From the NCBI GenBank assembly GCA_012295275.1, contig CM022672.1:7564001-7628000 (forward strand): 64,000 bases of DNA, in the 5' to 3' direction. This document shows, piece after piece, positions 12,552 to 27,927 of this stretch. The position numbers and the translations under genes were made by a program. Position 1 is the stretch's first letter. Each line of letters starts with the position of its first letter. The notes under the pieces are model-generated. The model was not told the DNA's origin. It worked only from the letters and a program-made list of their open reading frames with translations, and searched no databases. This DNA is from Chrysomallon squamiferum (taxonomy: Eukaryota; Animalia; Mollusca).

Positions 12552-15500
12552 TTATCTTGTTACAACAGCCAGTTGTTCCCTGTGAACAGAACAAAAAAAA
12601 AATATTTTCAACTAAATCCTTCAAAGTAGGCCAATTAAATTAAAAATAGTAAGAATATTGCTTTTATCGTTTGAAGCATTATTTCCAAGAAGACATTTGA
12701 AAAGTGACATGAAATGAGAATAATAAAGAACTACAATTTGGAAAGACTAAGAATCATGATTTTCAAACTGACCACTTGTGTTGTGCACTGACCTATTTTA
12801 TTTTGTTCATGCCTCACTATTAAATTAAAGAAATTGAAAGTTTATGAAAAGGTTTCTATACAAAATATTTAAGATTGTTTTTACTTTTAACTTGTTTGAT
12901 TTCACTTTGCATGCATGGATATAACTGTTAAGATTTGTACATACTTCTGTCTGTCTGTTAGTACCATCTCGGTCTGTACTTTTTCCCTCAACTGAGGAAC
13001 ACTGACAAACAACAAATCATTCATGATGGTGAGAACAGCCTGAAAATAAGTATAGAGTTTGATTTTAATATTCACTACTATTCAAACAACAGTTTGTTTT
13101 CATTATTATTATTATTTCAAAGATCTTTTGTATTCCAATAAAATGCTTATCATGGAAACTGAAAGCTTCTGGCAAAAACATCACTAAGTGTTATCTTAAT
13201 ATTTTAATTATATTTAAAATATTTTTTAATAGAAAATAACATTAAAACAAAACATTCTAGAATATTTCTCTTGAATAAATATAATGATAACAATGACAGT
13301 CACTTCAATTATGATAATAAATAGTATTTTAATGTACACTTACTATAGCTTTCTCAATGTCTCCTTCCTTTATGCAGTATTCCACTAGTTTCACCAAAGA
13401 TTTCTCACTGAAATAAATCACAATCAATCTTTTATTGTTTGTGTGTGTATTTTTTAAGAACTTGGATCTTTCAATCACAGTTTCTGATAAGAGACTCGAA
13501 CATGATCATAAAAGCAAAATAAGAAGACCGAAAAAAATACCCACAACAAAACAAAACGAAAGGAAGTGATAAACCAGATTTCATTGATATTAATGTTTTC
13601 ATTCTTTTTTAGAGCTGAATTGGAGAAATGTGGTGGTGTTGTTCTTTTTTACTTCACCACAGACTACACAGAATAAAACAAAATAAAACAAAATAAAAAT
13701 GTAAATTAATGTGTTAAAATACAGAAGTCTCCAAATCATCAGTAGAAAAAGAAAAAAAAACTCCTGGAAAACTATAAATATGTACATATTCCTTGTAATA
13801 AATATTTGTCACATAAATACAATGTGTATGTTATGGTAAGAAATATACAACAGTATCATGAATATGTATATATAAAAATGAAAACTAAATAAAATCATTT
13901 GCATATTTTTGCATTTTCTATCCATGAATAGTTATGACAATATTTACATTTTATGCAAATATTCCATTTTTCCTCAAGTGTAATTGTTCTGTTATTTATT
14001 TCATTGGCTAAATTGATTGTTTGTGAAGATATCTGATGTCTCAGTTTTGTTCTCAACTAGAACAATGTTGGTCAAGCATAGTATTATGAAGTATTTTTAC
14101 ACTAAATAATTAGTTAACCTGGTAAGATAGTACAATAAACCTTTACTATATTTTGAACAATACAAACAGGATTAACATAACTTTAAAATCTAGACACTCT
14201 TTTTCTTAGCCCTTCAACATATGCAAATAAACTGTCATCATTTAATATAGTAACAGTACAGGTCACAGAAATTAATAAATCTTTTCCACATTTTCAGAAA
14301 CTCAACTGTAGGTAACATAAATCAAAATATTACGGCTGAAACTGTTCAACATATAAAGAATCAAACTCCTTCTAATCTGTTGTTGTTGTTTTTTTTAAAT
14401 TACAAGTCAAAGATTCTCTCACCTGATTATTCCAGAAAACAGTCGTCCATGTTCCTTGTACTTCAGAAAAATATTCCTGTAATATAAAAATAAAATTTTC
14501 TTTTACAGAAATAAAAATTATATTCCATGGTCAAAAACGAATTAATAAATAAATAAATAAATGTCTGGAAATTTATTTTTAAGAATCTCGTAACAAAAAA
14601 AAACCCACAAGATTTATTTAAATTACTTTTTATAAGCACTTTTCCAAAAACAAGAAAGTTCTACAAAGAGGCATGGAGCTGTAACAGGAATAGCAGGGTG
14701 CATCATAAAGCTGTCCAGCAGGTAGGTGTCAGTTTGAGAAAATTCTTTCATGTACTCATATTGCATGCCACAAACTTTATTACTGTGGTATGTTTACCAT
14801 TTTCTCTGGATACAATTTTGGAAAGGGTTAAAAAAAAAAAGAAGCAAAATGCACAGCTAACAGAGATACTTAGATGAATATCATATTAAAAATTTTTTTA
14901 TATAAAATTTGAAATTGAAGGATATGTAGGTTCAAGTTGTGTAAAAACAAGTATTTCAATGAATCTGTGTAGAAAAAATACAGGTAACAACCATATTAAA
15001 ATATTTTGAATAAATACTGCTGTATTAAAAACTGGACAATTCTTCTATGAATATCTGTAACATATAATATATTTATTCCATTAAAATTTTGTTCCATTAA
15101 AATTATGGATGGAATCAAAACAGGAGGGTTTCAAGATTTAAAATACAAGAGTTACTTACCAGGCAAGGTCAGATTTGTTTGCATTCAAAGCTACAATTAT
15201 AAGATCACCAATAGCATCCCCAGACAATCTGAAATTTTTTTTAATAATCATCATCATATTATGTTAAAAATATTTGAAAGATTTGTTCAGTAAAAGGTGT
15301 TTTTTTTAAATATGAGATAACAAACACTTTTTAAATAAGATTAAATGTTTTTAAGAGCTGTTAACAAATAATCACACCATTATATATCACAAAAATTATC
15401 TAACCCTAAATCCAAATTTCTGTAATTCTGAAGAACTTCAAAGAAAAGATAAATTAAATGAATAAAAATGCATTAATGAGATGCACTTCTTGTGTTATTA

Positions 15501-16895
15501 TCTGAGGCAAATTATTAAAATAGTTACATTTTTGTTTTATTTCTTTCATTTTTTTCTTTTTTATGTATGATGTGAGATCATTTTAAATTCTGTTACAGCC
15601 AAACAAGTATGTATTATGCTTCTAACAAAGTTTTCAAGATAAATATAAAAGTTGCACAAACTTACTCCATTGCATTTCTCCTATCATCATCCTGGTCATC
15701 CTGCCATGTCTTTATAATGTATTCAGCAATTTCTCCAAACTTCTTCTGTAACTGTAACCAAAATGTAACCAAAATCATTATTGCTGCATTTGTTAGTTTA
15801 GTTTTACTGATTTTATTATTTTTTAATGTGTTAGTGAACTTTATTATTTGTTTATTATTTTAATTCACTTTCCTTATTTCTTTTTACTGCATATTATTTT
15901 AATGAATCTAAATTTATTTTATTATTTTGGTTTGATTTTATTATTTCTTTTTAATTCAATTTATTAATTATAATCTATCATTAGATACATTTTATTTCAT
16001 TTCATATTTAGTTTTTTGAAAATTCCGTATAATATTTATTTGCTAACACACGTTGATGTCTGCAACATATCTCTTCAGTTACCTGCTAATTTATTAAAGT
16101 AAAAGATTTTCAAATTACCTCTTCAGGCTGTGGTTTCTTTGCCATCAGTGAAAGCAGGGGTCCAATAACAGCATCCTTTTTTATGTAGTCAAACAAAGTG
16201 AGATCTGTAATTTAATTTTTAAAATAGTTATCTGTAATACCCACACATTTTAAATTAACAATAAAATTAACAATACTACCATTAAAGTCATCTTCAGCAT
16301 GAATGCAAATTAAGACAGGACAGTATTAATTTTTGGAATAAAATGCTGAAAATTTAATTTAATAACTTTGTGTATTTTAGAATTCCCTATTTAAAATGTT
16401 AAAAACAAGATAAAAAATTATCATAATAATTATAAATGGAGTAACACACTGAATATTTAATTAAATAACTTTTTATATTTTAAAATTGGATCCTAAGATT
16501 TAAAACAGATAAAAAAATTATTATAATAATTATAGCTTTAAATAATAACAACATCAATAATAATTAGCAGGAATAAGTTATGCTGTATATTGAGAGAATG
16601 CTGACAGATAGATGAGATAGACAGACATAAATATATAATGAAATGTGTTACCTGACCAAATCTGAGGTAAATGCTCATATCCATCTTGAAGCTCTACAGC
16701 TTTGAGAAGATCAATAAAACCTTTAAAGTTTGGAGTCCAGATCTGAAATTACAAGTCAAAAGAACAAATGTTTTACCAACTTATTGTCTGTTTTATTCTT
16801 TAAACATACAGTTCCTAAATATCTAGCATGTGATTGTGTAATTGACATAATGACAGTTAACGTATACACAGAAAAGCATATACTACAATGTTTGA

Positions 16896-16951
<56 letters not shown>

Positions 16952-19900
16952 TTCAGATGTGGCAGGAATGGGAAATAGCCCACTGAATCTAACAATGAAG
17001 ATGGATCATATTAGCCATGTCGTACCTCAGTAACTACACAAACCAGCAGCCCATTTAAAAAAAAAAATATATATATATACAAAGCTGAATTAGGACTGTA
17101 TTAAGCAATTTTCATGGTGTCTTTATATTTAACTGAATCTGGCTAGATATTTATTGAATTTATTACTATGTACATATATATATATGTATTTATTTTCTTC
17201 AGAGAAGAAATGTTTTTGCCAACAGATCTTTTACATGCGTCCAGACACTGGTCAGAATATATCACTGTTTTTGCAGTATTAGTAAGGAACAGTTCCATGA
17301 GATCACCAACAAGAACTGATATTAAACTGATCTCACTTTAGGTTAGTCCTTTACCTGTCACAAGTAATTACATTTAAATCAATACAGAATCAAACACGCA
17401 AAACAGAAAGTTACTAAACTTACGTGTGGCACAAACTTGTCATAGTACTCCATGATTGTATCCATTGTTTCAAACATACAGATTAGTCGGAAGAAAAATG
17501 AACTGAAATTTAAAAAATTAATAATTATATATAATTTGTAAATAAAATAAGCTGTATTAACTTGAAGAAAACAAAAGGTATCAGATATAATTAAACTAAT
17601 AAATGTGTTTGTAATACACTGGACTGTTATAATTTATTATTAATGATAATGAATGTTTTTAACTTTAATTTCAATGAACAAAAATAATCCTTTTTTTTTT
17701 AACTTATATCAAATACTAGTTATTTTCTAAAATAATAACTATTTTTAACCAAATTGTTTTTAATGAAATGAACTGAAGTACATATACACTAATATAATCT
17801 TACTAATATATTGATTCTCTAAATGCATCTCCTAGCAGGACGATGTTGTTTCCTGTGTTGAGAACATTGTCCAGCTTCATAGCCATGTCCAAGTCGTGAA
17901 AGTTGATAAAACACTGGAGAGAGAAAATGTTTTTATTTAACCACAAATTCAGTATGCATTACAGTTTATAAGATGTGTTTCAGATGAGAAAGCTAGTAAA
18001 CACTGCCTTTGTGCAATCAGATACCATTTCTTTTAATTGATTGTAATGAATATTTAAGGTAAGTTTTTAATGAATTTGAAAGAAAAAAGGTTATTTTACA
18101 ACATATTGAAATATAGAAATAGTTAGGATAATAGGGGTTAAGTTATGTAACATAATTATGTTTATTTTTTAAGATTTTCTTTTTAAGCTTTTTTTTTTTG
18201 TGCTCATGACTTCATTAAGACATAATAATTACCTACCTTTGTCATGGCCATGGAGAAAAAGTCAACTGTAATATAAAATAAATTAAGATGATTTAAATGT
18301 GAAACAATTTTTAAAATCAAGAATGTTATTCCATTTATCACTGATTAGCATCTTTATGCTAAAAATTTGATAAGAAAATATGTTAAATAAATGTTTGATC
18401 TCTTTTCCCACTGATTAAAGAGAAATGATGTTCGTACACAGTGGTTCTAGCAGTACTATAAACACAATGTTTCATTAACTGACTGACACACAAACAAGCA
18501 AACGTGTTTCTACAGATTTACATCCTGAAGAGAAAGATATGTAAATTTATAAATAATACTTACAATCTTCCTTACTCTGAGCTTCAAATTCTTTATTCTG
18601 AAGATGGTCAATAATTTTGTTTAACATTGGAGACTGAATATCTGAAATCACCAAAATGAAAAGAATAAATAAAAGAACGACAATACAGCAGAAAGAAAAT
18701 ATTGGTTCCTGGGTGACAACCAAATGATAAATAGAAAATGAAATAAAAATTTTAAATCTTTCTGAAAATGATTATGTGTGTGTGAGATAATCTTCAAAAT
18801 AAAATGGAGTCTTAGCAGATTAATATAACAAATAAATTCAGTTTGTTTTCACCTACCATCATGATTGTAGAACATGAAGATGATGTGTCGCCAAGTTGTC
18901 AGAGAAGGTTCTGTTAAAACAATTCAAAAAACATTTCAAAATATATATTTAACATCATTAACATGATAAAGTTAATTATTATTTAAATATAATAAACTAG
19001 TATGGTAGCTATGTATTAAATTTTACAATGTAAAATCTTGTAGGTAAGGGGACAAGTACGGCAAAAATAAAAAAATCTTTATTTTTTGTTACAGAAATGA
19101 AACTTGATGGAAATAATCTCCTATTGTTATTATGAAAAACTAGTACTAGTTTATACTTTTAAGACAAATGATTACTTTTATTTTTTGCTTTTTCTAATTT
19201 TATAGTACCCCATTTCATGATGTATACATTTCATTCATTTTTGCCTAGCCTGTCCCTTAAAGATTAAAAACAGATCAACAAATCTTACATCTTATAAAAG
19301 TATTATTTTTAAGCAACATAATTATCACAGAAGTTTTCCATTTGTTCTTGTAACATTACAACTGGGAAAGTCATAAAGCAAAAAGAAATGTTTACCAATT
19401 CCACATTCCTTCATTTCTGCAAGGACCTGACAGGCGAGAGAGGGTGCCATTCTGTAATTTGAAATTCGAGTCAGAGTGAACAGAGCTGAGTTAAATGTTT
19501 CCAGGTTGGGTTCCACACCTTCAGAATTCATGTCTTTCATCAGTTGCTGCAAAACAGTGTAAACATTTTAATAATACCACACTGCAGAGTACAGAGAAAA
19601 AAACCAGCACTATAAATATTTTCAAAGATTAAAATTTTCTAAGTATAATTTATAAACACGAATTGCTTGAAGGGTATATCCGACATTGTACTTAAAATAT
19701 AACTGAAAATTAAAGATTTTTCATTATAAAGAAAAAAAATCTTTAGATTTGAAACAGGATGGAGGTGTGATCAGGATGTGTCCTGAAAGATCAGTTGCTA
19801 TGATGGTTATAAAAAAATTATCTGAAGTGAAATATATATATATTTGTATCTATCTATATCTATCCAGATATCTAATAAACATTTCTTATCAAAAAAATAA

Positions 19901-22900
19901 TATTGGTATTTTAATCCAAGAATTATATTATAGATATAATACCACAGCCTGCTGCCATTTTGTCTCATAACTATCTTGAAAATAAGATGAAATGCTGATC
20001 AGAGCATTGTATGTTGAAATTTCCACTAAAATAAAAAAAATAAAAAATTTGGGAATGTTTCAGAATACAAAAGGGTAGCATAAGAAAACAAAGCTAAACA
20101 TGAAATTCATTTATATTTCATATATACCGGCAGGTTATACAGATAATCTGCAGGTATTTTTATATAACATTCTCTTATAATGTTGAAATACAAGATATAT
20201 CACTTTCAGATTTTAAATACTGCAAGAGAGATCTTCAACCTATGTAATCATGGTAGAATCAAATATTAATTTTATATGAATTGCCTTTTTTATTGCTTCC
20301 ATTTATTATAAATGTATTTATTTGATAATTTAACTACATTTGTTTATATTTTATCAGTTACCTGGTATTCTGTTGTCAACCATATAGTTATAAAGATCAA
20401 ATGCTTTGTCACATTGCAAATACTGAAATAGAAAATAAACAAAATGAGAGTCAAATTAACTTTTAAATCAAATTCTTTAATATTCTGTAATCATTTCTAC
20501 TGTTTTTATTTAAGTTCATAATTTAACTGCATATAAACCATAAAATAATAATAATAATAATAATAATAAAAAACTAGTGAAAAGAAATTAGATTAAAAAA
20601 TTAAAACTTTAGTAAGGTTATATAAAAAATTAAAATCTAGATTAAAGTAAAAAAACCTTTGCTCTTCCTCTGATGATGCTGTTGTAAGCCTTGGCTGGTT
20701 TTTCAGACATGTCATCAAAAACTCTCTCAGCCAGTCCAGTGTCACTGTCAAATCAACACAACACATGTCAAATCACCGACCCTTAACATTAATATACAAT
20801 AACTACCTTTTAATACCTTTCAATAGAATTTATACAAAGAACATTTTTTAAATGAAAATCAGTAATCACATTTCAACATTAAAATAAAATAACTAATTTT
20901 CAAAGACACCAAAAACACAATGAACGTTTTTGAAAATGTACTGTAAAGGATAACATAAATAATGTATTTAATAATAATAATAATAATAATAATCCTGATG
21001 ATAATAAGAAGAAGAGAAAAAACAATATCAAAACAAATTATAGAGTAAAGTGTACATAAATTAAATATTTTAAAACGACCAAATTAAGCACTATTAGATA
21101 CATGAATACACAACATACTCTGGGTTATTAAGTGTACATGTGAAAGGATAAATAATGTATTTTAGTGTGTTATAATGTGGCAGTATACTATGTCTACTTC
21201 TACTAATAATAACAAAAATATAATAATAATAAAAAGAAGAAGAAAAACAAGGTAATAGTAATGATAATAATAATAACCACAAAATAACAACATTAAAATG
21301 TATAAAAACATCATCAAAGTACGACTAACTTCCAAACTTTTTTCATCAGTCTCTTGTCCTCTATTCCGAGTTCTCTGCGGAAAAAAAACTCATCTGTGAG
21401 AAGAGGAGGCTGAGGGTCGACGTTGTTGTATGCACACAACAGATCTAGTAACTTCAGCTGAGTTTCTTGAGAGATGGGAGTTTCTACAAGAAATAAACCC
21501 AATTAGAAAATCATCACTAATATTTATTACCTGTAATTATGATGTATATATATATATATATATATAGACTGAATAAATTAATTAATGCTTTAGGACATGT
21601 TAAAATCTTGATAATAACATTACATGTTAATATATGTGAAATAACGAATCTCTTATCACTGATATTAAAAAAAAAAAGGTTTTGGATTTTAATATACCTA
21701 CAACAAAACAAAGATCAGATTGGGAAATAACCCTACTGACACACAAATGAGATATCCTGACTCATTCTAACTCTAAGGCAAGTAATTATGCATAAATAGT
21801 TTGTATTAGCTGATATTACTAATATTTGTGTATGTGTAACTATAAATATTTAATTATAGAATATTTCACTAAATTATACAGCTTGCATTCAATTTACATT
21901 TTTCATTTTAGAAAATCTAAATTTGAAAATTTTGATCATTTTCATTTTTATTTACTCTTAAGAAATAAAATATTTATATCAATTATTATTATTTATCTTA
22001 CTGTTGAAAAAATATTAAACCAATAGGCAAGTTTTTCTTTCACTGTCATGAAAATATTAAAACTGGATAATTATTCTTTCACTTTTGCTGGAATATTTAA
22101 AATTTTATTCTTCAGCTAAAATGACTAAGTTAAATACATCAAACCAACCATTTTGTTTCATCTTTTGGTAAACTTCGCTAGCATCTGTCACTTTTCTTTT
22201 GCTAATTCTCTCAAGCAAAGCGTTCTCACTGGCATCCTGAAACTTGTACTGCTGTTCACCTGATGTCCTGTATGCCTGCAATCAGATTTAATACTTCAAA
22301 CTTTGTTTTAGTTTTTTAAATCCATTACTTGTTCAATGTCAGCTGAAGAATTTTTATTATTAACAATTACATTTTTTTTTTTTATTATTATTATTTTTTT
22401 TTTTTACTTTAATTAAAAAATACATTTTTAGAGCCTAATGAATTTTTTCACATATTTGAAAAAAAATTAATAAATAAATAATCTTTCAACTATAGTAGGA
22501 ATTATTCAAAAATAATTTGTTAATATGTTTAGGAAAATTTGTAAACATCATCTATAAAATCAGTGATTGAATTTTAAATTCAGAACTTCACCAGTTATTG
22601 AAAATTATCCAAATACATTTCTTTTTTATACACAAATTAATTAATTTTTAATAAATATATTACTTATAATTTTACATACGTCTGTCTAACAATGATAATT
22701 ATTTAGACAACTTTATCATAGACTCACCATGAAGTAAGATAAGTGAATTTGAACAAGTATTTTCATTTCGAGTTTTTATAACAATAATACTGTATATTTA
22801 TATTCTCTTAACATCTTTGGTAACAGATGATGTGAAGTTGGTTTAAGTAATAAAACACAGAAAACAAATCTACATTCTTATAGGTGTATTTTACCTCAAT

Positions 22901-23098
22901 GATAGGTTGTTCAGTTCCTTCAGGAAAAAATTCTGAATAATGTTCAATAATGTAACGTGCTGCTTTCTTCCCTGAGGCTTTGGACAAAGCATAATTCCTC
23001 TACAATTTAAAATAAAAAAAATTGTAAAGTATTAGGTAACATACCTACACACCTAAATACCTACATCATCCATCCATCCATCCATCCATCCATTCATC

Positions 23099-23160
<62 letters not shown>

Positions 23161-23423
23161 AATATAGAAATAAAATAAAATTAAGAAAACATTACATGTT
23201 ATACTGAGCACCAAGAAAACACAGAATTAAAAATAAAATCTTATAATGCATTATGGGGAAAAAATTAAATTAAAAATATCAGTATAACTTTTAAGTTATT
23301 AATTAAGACAAAATAGAATTTATAAAATTTCACCTTCTGAGCTGCAGATGTTGGAATAAGATATGGATCATCAATGTATTTATAGTGAGGTGCGTTGTAG
23401 TCCTGAAATTTAATAAAATACAA

Positions 23424-23468
<45 letters not shown>

Positions 23469-24002
23469 TCAAAAGAAAAATACTTACTACTGCAATAGAA
23501 TGATTGTTTACAATAACCTTTGTTATAATTCCCTTAACTGCCAGAATTATTTTATCTTGTACTTTTCTTTTTTTAATTTTCCTATCTTTTACACACGAAA
23601 CATGGAAAACAGCTGTGTACATACCACAAACATTTAAATAATGTCTGTTGGTTTAAAAAACTAATTTGAGAAATAACAAATTACTTACTGTGCCAACTGT
23701 TGATGCCAATGCCTTCAAGATTGATAATGAATCACTGTTAACAAAATAATATATTGTACTACATATTTTCACCTTTTTTTCAAATATTAATCATTTATGT
23801 GATCCTACATTTATTACTGATTAATATAAAGATTAATTACCAAATAAATACTGCAGAAAATACTTCAAATCCAAAACTTTAAAACAATATAAATGTCTGT
23901 AATACACAGAATAAGGTGTAATCTCCAAAAGTAATTTTTTAAATTATGATTTCTTTTTAAAATAAAAATCTGTTATTCATGTATTGTAATTTTCATTCAT
24001 AA

Positions 24003-24033
<31 letters not shown>

Positions 24034-25714
24034 TTTTAAAAAAAAATAAAAAATAATAATTTAAATTTTAAATGTTTTCAGTTTGCCAGCCTTTGTAAGA
24101 AGTAATATATTAAAAATGAATTGTTACAAAAATCATAAAAATAGATAAAATACCGCTGTTTTCGCCGAGGAATAATGATGGGTTCTGCATCACCTGAAAA
24201 AGTTTTAATTGAATAAAGTTATGAAAATACACACACATACATATACATATATATTTGTTTATTGTCATTTCAAGTTGCTGAATTTATGACTGACAAAAAA
24301 AGCTTACAGTTTAATCTATTGCAATATAACAATCAGTTGATGTTATTAAATATTCTAGATCATAGGTTTTCAACCTGCAAGATCATTCTTGAGCAAGGGG
24401 ATGCTTTAGTTTTTTTCAACTTGACTTGGAAGGCGGGATAAATAAAAAGGTGTAGATAGGTGTGGGACCCATCATAGTGACTTTAGATTCCTTTTGTACT
24501 TTGGTTGATGAAAATTTGGTAACCCTAGATATTACTGAATCAAAATTTTTAACGGGGGTCATCAATCATATTGAGTTGCTCATAAGGAGTCGTGGGGTGA
24601 AAAAGGCTGAAAACCAGGGTTCTAGATGATCATCACCAAGGAAAAAAAATAAAAATAAAAAAATAAAAAATAAAAAAACCACCATCCCTGATATTAGAAT
24701 TACATCAGCAATTTTAATATTTTGTATGTTTTTAAAAAAATATTACACTGAATCTGGATACTTGAAAAAAAATAAGATCTCCAAATTCTAAATGCAGTTA
24801 TCACAAATCTATTATCACCAATATTAACAATGTTAATTATATATGAAGCTAGCTAAAATCTCAAATAATCTTTATATCCAGTTCTGAAATGTAGTTCTTA
24901 CTACATTTTTTTTTTGACACTGTTGATACTGTTTGTAATTTTTTTAACTGAAAAAAACCTATTGTACCTGATACATTGTGCTGTCCACTTTCTGAAGCTT
25001 TCTGAGAAACTGACACTGAAGAATATCTGACAAGACCTCTGATCCAACCCTCTGTTAGAGGTGTCAGATATTTGGTTCTGTAAATTATTATTATTTAAAT
25101 AAAATAAAAAATGTAAACATATATGCAACAACACAAAATATTAATATTAAGTGACTTCTTCATGCATCGAAAGTAAAAATAAAATTTTTAAAAAAAGTTA
25201 TGTTTGAAACCTATTTTGATATAATCTAAATGCCTTATATTGTCTAGGATATATTTCACGATCTGAAAAAGCTTCAAATCTTCAACAAAAATTTAAGAAT
25301 TTTAAATAATCATTTCTTGTTTAGCGTTTAGCTTTTAACTCTTTATTATTTATATCTTATTACTATTAATAATATATTTAAACCTAAAAGCATCTGTGCT
25401 GGGTTTTTAAAGCTTGAGCTTTATTAATTTACAGTACTGATATGTTAAGCTCTGAAACAAAGGGAAATTGAAAGATTGAGGCATTTGCCTGATTTGGCCT
25501 TGAGAACTGACAGCAAACGAACGTAGGACATATTATATGCAAATACCGGATAAATATCTCTAAGATAAATCATACAATTATTATTAATTGAAAATGAAAT
25601 CCAAGTTTATGTAACATGTTTGTACAACTATTCTTAATAGCATAAAAACCTGCAAGGTTTCTGTAATCGTGACGTGAAAACTCTTTTCCAGCAGGAACAA
25701 ATGGAGGCTGCCAT
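12552..25714 (-). CDS. PTCD3: Pentatricopeptide repeat protein PTCD3 / mitoribosomal mS39, about 25 exons. First exons: 25714-25650, 25077-24968, 24193-24154, 23734-23689, 23402-23334, 22999-22895. Last coding exon: 12579-12552
   Basis: The spliced N-terminus reads MAASICSCWKRVF (basic, presequence-like)...IIIPRRKQRDSLSILKALASTVGTDYNAPHYKYIDDPYLIPTS...YALSKASGKKAARYI, which matches the PTCD3 N-terminal signature. PPR-like exons follow (VEISTYNALIS; MKDMNSEGVEPNLETFNSAL; LAEMKECGI). The stop is TAA after KEQLAVVTR. Not every internal boundary was checked. Confidence 0.88.
16904..16948. repeat. (TA)n microsatellite
   Basis: Direct reading. Confidence 0.95.
19045..19260. mobile_element. Possible degenerate MITE in a PTCD3 intron
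   Basis: Imperfect inverted ends aaggggacaagtacggcaaaaat and atttttgcctagcctgtccctt. Confidence 0.35.
24361..24619. mobile_element. hAT (Charlie-like) MITE in a PTCD3 intron
   Basis: 8-bp TSD TTCTAGAT on both sides. Imperfect TIRs CATAGGTTTTCAACCT and CCCTGGTTTTCAGCCT (reverse complement of the right end). Confidence 0.75.
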
Positions 25715-26150
25715 TTTATCTCTATCAGTAGAGGTAATTTCCTCCCTTACACTTATACGCCATTGATTTGAATTCGTCGTCATCATTCCGTAAAGAAAAT
25801 AACATCTACAAAATGTTACGCTTACAGTAAACAAAAACGGATTCAAAAGTAAAAAAGGAGTGTGTTTTTTGTTTCTGTTTTTTTTTTTCTTTCTTTACAC
25901 GTAACAGTTGTGAGTTACGGAATCAAATAGCCATGATGCATTGCAAACTGGGATACTGATAGTTACCAATCGGTGAAAACAAATAAATGTGCGTGTTTTG
26001 TGAAAACACAGAAGACGAAAGCGAAAAGCTGAATATATCTGTGTAATACTAATTACGAGACAAACAAAACTGACGAAGTTTTTACACACACAAATACTAA
26101 AATGTTTTTTTTTAAGCAAATACGTTATTCAAGATCTGAGCGTTGGTCAA
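25715..26150 (-). promoter_or_regulatory. Likely PTCD3 promoter / 5' UTR
   Basis: CpG is locally retained just upstream of the start codon, which has the context AAAATGGCAGCC. The flanking gene bodies look CpG-poor (qualitative). Confidence 0.45.
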
Positions 26151-27453
26151 TTTTATACAACTAACCACACCTGAGACATTTTTTATTTTCTAATTCTAAT
26201 TTATATTGTAGTAGCTCATTCGATAAAATATCAGAAATTGCAATAAATGTTGACAATAACATCATAAACAGTACGTAAACACCTCGTAATAATAATAATA
26301 ATTAATTAATAAATAAGTGAACAAATAACTAAAACACATGATGTACGTAAATTAGTTTATTTCTGCCCTGAGACGTAAACTGGCAAAACTGAATGCAAAG
26401 CGTTACAACATTAACACAGTTAAACACATTTCAAATACACAATTACTGAACTATAATTAAAAATTTGGTGTTTGTACGATTTCCTTTTATTACATGTTGT
26501 TACTTTTCTTTTAAACTCTTAGTTTCGCTCAGCAATTCAAAACAAAAACATTCCTTTTATCCATTAAACATTTATCATTAAAAGAAATGTGATCATCATA
26601 AATATTTTAATTAATATAATATGAAGAATTTCACTAATTAATCTTTGTAATTAACAATAAGACATTAAAGAATATTATAATCATCATAATGATTCTTTCA
26701 TATTTATTTCCTCATGAAATATTAAGTTGCACAGTTTTACATACACTAAAGATCGATTATATAAAGGAAGAATTATATTCAGGAACTGTGTGCCATAATA
26801 GCAGTACACTTTTCAAACTTTTTAAAGTGCTGACCCGTATTTATCAGAAGACAAATTACATAATTATATTTTTCCACAACCGTTGGGTAGGCACTTGGCT
26901 GCTGGAATTTGTGTGCACATCCATCCTCTGATCTGTGTCTCATTTGTAATTTCACTGGTGATGAATGATTTTTAATCAGGAGACATATAATTAAAATCTC
27001 TAATGTATAAACAAGTCTGTGTTGTCCATTCTAATTGTATTCCAGAATGTTCTGAATATACCTACATAATGTAAAACTGGATCCCAGAATAAACATTATA
27101 ATATGCAGTCACTGAAATCAAGTAATCTGTCTGATAATGTATTCTCTACATTCACTTGTGTGACACTGCCTGCAATTTACATTCAAATAATAAATAAATA
27201 AATATATATGGAAAATGAAAGTTTAAAACAGAAACTTTACAACACAGGTACATATGTTTTGACAAATAAGATTATTTTGAAAAAAATGGTTACAACACTA
27301 AAAATGTTTAAAAAACACATATATTTAAATAAATAAAATAAAAGTTTCTGCCAACCAAGCTGTTTAATTGGTTATTAATATTTTTTGTTTTTTTCTTATT
27401 TCACTTGTTTGATTAGGCAGCAAAAAAAAAAGGACTGAATATAAACACTATGA

Positions 27454-27927
27454 CTACATCTGTGGTAAATCTCTTTTATGTTGTCTTTCATGTTCCCATC
27501 GTCTGTTTTTAGATGTGAATTCTTCACCACAGTATCTGCAAGTAATGGTCCCAGTGTGCAGCTGCATGTGAATGGACAGTTCATACTTATCCGAAAAATG
27601 TCGAGGACAGAGACTGCAGTGAAAAAATTCACCTGTGTGTACTCTCATGTGCCTTTTCAGATTGCCCTGGTATTCAGTACGGAAATCGCAGTGTTGACAT
27701 TTGTGCATTTTGACATCACGGAACTGAGAATTCATGAAAGATTGGTAACTCAGTGGTGAAATTGATGATCCTGGCATCTGAAAATCAATTTTTAATGCCA
27801 TGTCATCTGCACCGCTTTCCATTGTTGACCCTTTTTCATCGAGGATGCAGTCTGAGTTCTTGCTAACAGAGCCTGATGCATCTGGTAAAATATCAGAAAC
27901 TTTGCTCTGTCCATCACCCTGTGAATT
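27454..27927 (-). CDS. Gene A terminal exon A2: three C2H2 zinc fingers
   Basis: Phase-0 acceptor ttttcag|AAT. Fingers: CQHC...HMRVH, CSLC...HMQLH, CRYC...HERQH. Has its own stop. Confidence 0.85.
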   Translation of the reverse strand, partial: NSQGDGQSKVSDILPDASGSVSKNSDCILDEKGSTMESGADDMALKIDFQMPGSSISPLSYQSFMNSQFRDVKMHKCQHCDFRTEYQGNLKRHMRVHTGEFFHCSLCPRHFSDKYELSIHMQLHTGTITCRYCGEEFTSKNRRWEHERQHKRDLPQM

